Positions 60,325 through 64,000 of a stretch of DNA of 64,000 bases are shown here, one piece after another. The DNA comes from an uncultured Verrucomicrobiae bacterium. GTDB taxonomy: Bacteria > Verrucomicrobiota > Verrucomicrobiia > Chthoniobacterales > JAFAMB01. How positions within the stretch are numbered: position 1 is the stretch's first letter; each line of letters starts with the position of its first letter. The notes under the pieces are model-generated. The model saw only the letters and a program-made list of their open reading frames with translations. It made no database searches and had not been told where the DNA came from. The translations under genes and the position numbers were made by a program. The stretch is taken from the NCBI GenBank assembly GCA_963813025.1, contig CAWEXO010000012.1, forward strand, positions 1 to 64,000. The letters are read 5' to 3'.

Positions 60325-61431
60325 ATGTTCTCACGAATCCCTTTCGAGAAAGTCAACTGGCCAACCAGTTCGTTTCTCATCGGCACCTTGTTTCTGTCGC
60401 TCACCGCGGTGCCAGCATATCTCTGGTTCTTTGGGATCGATTGGTTCCAAATCGCGCTCTTCTTTGTGATGTTCTGCGCCTGTGGATTTTCCATCACGCT
60501 CGGCTATCACCGACTCTATTCGCACCTGACTTTCCAAGCGCACTGGGTTGTGCGGCTCCTCACGTTGATCTTCGGCGCCGGAGCCTTCGAGAACTCCGTG
60601 CTCCTCTGGGCCTGCGAACACCGCAGCCACCACAAGCATGTCGATCACGATGAAGACCCTTACTGCATCTCCAAGGGATTCTTTCACGCCCATATGGGCT
60701 GGCTGATGTTCAAGCTCAACCCGCTCCCGCCTTTCGATAACGTAGTCGACCTGCAGAAGGATCCGCTCGTCGCGTGGCAGCACCGCTACATCCACTGGAT
60801 CGCGGCGTTCGTCGCCTTTGGTTTCCCGGCGATCCTCGGCTTCATCTGGGGCGGCTGGATTTCAGCCCTCGGTGCGTTCCTCATTGCGGGGGTGGCGCGC
60901 GTCGTCGTTCTGCAGCACTGTACTTTTTGCATCAATTCGCTCTGCCACTACCTTGGCACGCGACCGTACTCCTCTAAATGCAGCGCCCGCGACTCGTGGC
61001 TTATGGCAATCGTTACTTTGGGCGAGGGCTACCATAACTATCATCACGAATTTCAGCACGACTATCGCAATGGCGTGAAGCCGTGGCAGATCGACCCGAC
61101 GAAGTGGATCATTTGGACCCTTTCCAAGCTCGGCCTCACTAGAAAGCTGCGCCGTGTTCCAGCGGAGAAGATCGTCCTTGCGGAGCTGGCCGAAGCGCAG
61201 CGCCAGCTTGAGCGGAAGCTCGCCAGTCCCGGACTGCCCGACGCGGCCTCCGCTTACGTCGCGAGTGCTTACCAGCGTCTGCAGAGAACCGCGCAGCAGT
61301 GGACACGGCGCAAGGCCGAACAGTTGGAAGTTCGCCGCGAAATGCTCGTCGAGCTTCGCAACGAAATCCGCGACGCGACGAGCACCCTTCGGCTGAACAA
61401 TCGCCGCTTCTCAATGTCTAAATTTTCATGA
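60325..61431 (+). CDS. Delta-9 acyl-CoA-type fatty acid desaturase
   Basis: Histidine boxes [52 protein letters not shown]. Confidence 0.94.
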   Translation: MFSRIPFEKVNWPTSSFLIGTLFLSLTAVPAYLWFFGIDWFQIALFFVMFCACGFSITLGYHRLYSHLTFQAHWVVRLLTLIFGAGAFENSVLLWACEHRSHHKHVDHDEDPYCISKGFFHAHMGWLMFKLNPLPPFDNVVDLQKDPLVAWQHRYIHWIAAFVAFGFPAILGFIWGGWISALGAFLIAGVARVVVLQHCTFCINSLCHYLGTRPYSSKCSARDSWLMAIVTLGEGYHNYHHEFQHDYRNGVKPWQIDPTKWIIWTLSKLGLTRKLRRVPAEKIVLAELAEAQRQLERKLASPGLPDAASAYVASAYQRLQRTAQQWTRRKAEQLEVRREMLVELRNEIRDATSTLRLNNRRFSMSKFS

Positions 61432-61588
61432 ACAAGCTTCAAATCAGAGGCTCGTGGAACGAGTTGAAGGGTAAGCTTAGACAGCGCTACGGGAAGTTTC
61501 CGCAAGGTAAGGCAGATGAACTGTGGGGACGGCTTCAAAAGACGCTCGGGAAGTGGACGAGGTTCGGTAGATGATCGAGAAATTGTAA
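61428..61588 (+). pseudogene. Degenerate CsbD-family stress protein
   Basis: [40 protein letters not shown]; lacks the LTDDDL segment, and the tail DEVR*MIEKL is frameshifted and stopped. Confidence 0.65.
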
Positions 61589-61605
61589 CGCCTAATTCAA
61601 AGTTG

Positions 61606-61635
61606 AAAAAGGGGAGTCTCGTTGGCTCCCCTTTT
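61606..61635. terminator. Bidirectional rho-independent terminator
   Basis: AAAAAGGGGAGTC-tcgtt-GGCTCCCCTTTT. Confidence 0.8.
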
Positions 61636-61761
61636 GTTTAAAGAACCGGCCTGGGCTGTCTCTTTTAACCCAATTTACTGCGTGTATTTTTACCCGTTTG
61701 GTGTAGGGAGCCCAACAGGCCGCCGGCTCCTTTTTGAGGCTTCGGGTCGGATGCTACGATG

Positions 61762-62025
61762 CTAAGCAAGAAAGTAGATATCCGGCTTATCAACCACTCC
61801 GGCCTTCTGCATTGCTCCGCGTAGATCGGATGAGCGGGCAAACACTTGTGCCTCGTGGAGGTTTTCTGCTTTAAACAAAAGCACTACCTCGTCCGGGTTG
61901 TCGATATTTCGTAGCAGATGCTCTTCTTCAAGACCTGCTTTTTGACGGGTCGCTAAATGGGCATCATACTCAGCTTTCCAATTGGAAAAGTCGGCAACTT
62001 TGTGGCGTACGAGAAGATATGTCAT
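61762..62025 (-). CDS. Small dimeric alpha-beta barrel ('cyclase'-like) protein
   Basis: MTYLLVRHKVADFSNWKAEYD...NPDEVVLLF...AMQKAGVVDKPDIYFL, 87 aa. Confidence 0.75.
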   Translation of the reverse strand: MTYLLVRHKVADFSNWKAEYDAHLATRQKAGLEEEHLLRNIDNPDEVVLLFKAENLHEAQVFARSSDLRGAMQKAGVVDKPDIYFLA

Positions 62026-62378
62026 GGCTTTGTATTTCGTTTCAGTTGGAGATCCGATAAGATGGGGCTGGTTAAAAGTGAAACTCGAAACCTGAGGAAG
62101 GCATCCCATGTTCAAAGAATCCGCAAAACTGCTCGTTTGGCTAATCCCCGCCCTAAAGCTCTCACAAATAGGAACGCCATTATCTGTAGCGTAGCCCCAT
62201 TGGGAAACTCGGCTTTTTACTCCAAATGCGAATTCCTCCCCGGGTCGCGTAATCGGCTTCAGATCGCGGAACACTTCCGCGGCCTTCGGCCGTTTCGGTT
62301 CCCGGGATTTCGATCGGCGTGGATTTGACCCTAGGCCACTTGAGCAGCTTTTGAGAGAACCGCGTAGAATCGAAATTC

Positions 62379-63544
62379 TAGTGTACTGACTCTTAAGTCT
62401 CTTTAGGAAGTGAGGGGTTTGATGCTGCTTCCCAGGCGCGTTGAATTTTATTGAGAACTTCTTGGCCATCGGCGTGCCAGACGTAGCGTTTTGGTTCCAG
62501 GTTATGCTGCGCAAGGTAGAGGTTAATGGTGTCGACCAGTTCAGCGACTGAGCCGAAGCTGCCGGGCAAGATGGCTCGTTGACTCAGATCCCGGAAAAAG
62601 CTCTCTACCATGTTCATCCAGGAAGCACTGGTGGGGGTGAAGTGCAGGTGGAAGCGTGGATGACGTTCCAGCCAACGGCGGACGCTTTGGTGTTTGTGCG
62701 TTGGGTAGTTATCCACGATGAGGTGAATGCTTAAATCGCCCGCAATCTCGGCATCAACTTTCTTCAAGAACTTGAGCCACTCCGTACGCCGGTGGCGCGG
62801 CGCCACCTGACTGATGACTTTACCGCTGAGGTAATCGAGCGCAGCAAACAGGGTAATGGTTCCATGTCGGTAGTAATCGTGGGTGACGGTCCGCACATGA
62901 CCTTGGCCCAGTGGTAAGCCGGGCTGGCTGCGCTGCAAGGCCTGACACTGACTTTTTTCATCGCAACAGAGCACCACGGCCTTGTCGGGGGGATTGAGAT
63001 AAACTCCGATCACGTCCCAGAACTTGGCTTCGAACTCTTCGTCGCACGACAATTTGAAGACCCGCGTCCGGTGCGGCTTAATGTCGTTGGTCGACCAGAA
63101 GCGCTGCACCGTCGCTTTTGACACTCCCAGATGCCTGGCCATCGAACGGGTGCTCCATCGTCCCAGGCTCGCTGGCGGCCGGACTACCTCACTCAAGATT
63201 CTGCCCTTGAGCATCGGGGCAATGCGTTCTGGGCGCCCGCTGCGGGCCAAGTCGGCCAAACCTCCAATGCCTTCTTGGAGGAAACGCCCCCGCCAAAGCG
63301 TCACGGTTTGTTCGCTTGTGCCTAAGCGTTGGGCGACCTCGACGTTGTCCGCGCCGGTCGCGCTTTCGAGGATTACCCGCGCTCGGAAGACCAGCCGTTT
63401 TTGACTAGTGCCAGTTCTGGCCATGCGCTCTAACTCCTGCCGCTGCACTTCGGTGAGTTCCAATTTTGCTTTCGGTCGACCTGCCATCCATTTATCATAC
63501 AGCAGATCGCATAATATTAAAGACTTTTAAGAGACACTGCACTA
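62379..63544 (-). mobile_element. IS630-family insertion sequence
   Basis: Imperfect TIRs (c)TAGTGTACTGACTCTTAAGTCT and (c)TAGTGCAGTGTCTCTTAAAAGTCT; CTAG/TA at both ends, as expected for the IS630 TA target duplication. Confidence 0.9.
62393..63487 (-). CDS. IS630-family transposase (intact)
   Basis: HTH region, RSGRP, WSTRSMA, CCDEKSQCQAL, THDYYRHGT, HLIVDNYPTHK, HFTPTSASWMNMVE (DDE). Confidence 0.95.
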   Translation of the reverse strand: MAGRPKAKLELTEVQRQELERMARTGTSQKRLVFRARVILESATGADNVEVAQRLGTSEQTVTLWRGRFLQEGIGGLADLARSGRPERIAPMLKGRILSEVVRPPASLGRWSTRSMARHLGVSKATVQRFWSTNDIKPHRTRVFKLSCDEEFEAKFWDVIGVYLNPPDKAVVLCCDEKSQCQALQRSQPGLPLGQGHVRTVTHDYYRHGTITLFAALDYLSGKVISQVAPRHRRTEWLKFLKKVDAEIAGDLSIHLIVDNYPTHKHQSVRRWLERHPRFHLHFTPTSASWMNMVESFFRDLSQRAILPGSFGSVAELVDTINLYLAQHNLEPKRYVWHADGQEVLNKIQRAWEAASNPSLPKET

Positions 63545-63756
63545 GGTCGACCTCGGGGGGCGTTGGCCGGGCGAGCAGATCCGCCAGCAGGGATGTTGCC
63601 CACGGGGTCACGCGCTCCCAATCGTCAGGCTCGACCCCTTTCCTGCGGTAGTGCGGAGCGCCACCACGGGGTCACGGCCGAGAGTGCGCGCAGCGCGCAC
63701 GAGCGCCGCCAGACCGGGGCGTCGATGCCGTCATCATTGGTGAGCAGCAGCTTCAT
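63545..63756 (-). pseudogene. surE: SurE 5'/3'-nucleotidase remnant, internally deleted and ending at the IS630 boundary
   Basis: MKLLLTNDDGIDAP(G)LAAL (SurE N-terminal signature) with frameshifts, followed by a short downstream-like segment that stops at the IS end. Confidence 0.7.
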
Positions 63757-64000
63757 TCGGAAGAGCTAAAGACGAACAAAAAATGTGGTCGCAGGCCCGT
63801 TTTGTAAAGCGGCAGCCGCCCACGGACGCGGGAGAGTGTGTGTGTGAGCATAAAAAGTTGTGGTGTGCTTCAGGGAGGGGCCGCCGGGCATTTCGGCGGT
63901 CTCCAAGCCTCGGTGCATGGCCCGGAACGCCTTTTCGAGGGTGCCGCTTCTAGCACATGAACCCGTACCGTCAGGAAGGGCTGGACGATGGAGTGGTTCC

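Noticed and set aside
62026..62514. 250-aa ORF 61762-62514 as a single gene
   Set aside because: The upstream part runs through the IS630 end and non-coding DNA; only the last 87 aa from ATG 62025 look like a real protein.

Overview
This is a GC-rich bacterial chromosomal segment, most likely from Verrucomicrobiota (Chthoniobacterales/Spartobacteria-like). That assignment is inferred from gene content and style, not from a search. The first ~47 kb is mostly housekeeping and transport genes: a GH144/glycoamylase-like gene, pyk, a cecR-ybhGFSR ABC efflux operon with a palindromic operator, a lamB-malEFGK-malQ maltodextrin locus (malG and malK frameshifted), rpmE-prfA-prmC-murA, marR-tolC-pgeF, icd, a moxR-DUF58-batABCDE operon, an LMW-phosphatase-GlyA fusion and a membrane-tethered ECF sigma/anti-sigma-like fusion. 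At 47.3-52.2 kb is an egtB-egtD-betaine-type ABC transporter cluster. It is preceded by a ~130-nt multi-stem leader that can alternatively fold into an intrinsic terminator, which is the best candidate for an undescribed system (a possible ergothioneine-pathway riboswitch or attenuator). The last ~12 kb is an eroded accessory region around tRNA-Ser(CGA). It holds Xre-RES and HicBA toxin-antitoxin pairs, att-site remnants, two hsp20 genes, a desaturase, a duplicated promoter module, several internally deleted genes and an IS630 element. Intergenic regions carry GTAG-type REP/REPIN palindromes, a nested MITE-like element and heptamer repeats. No CRISPR array or rRNA was seen. All annotations come from motif recognition; no database searches were run.
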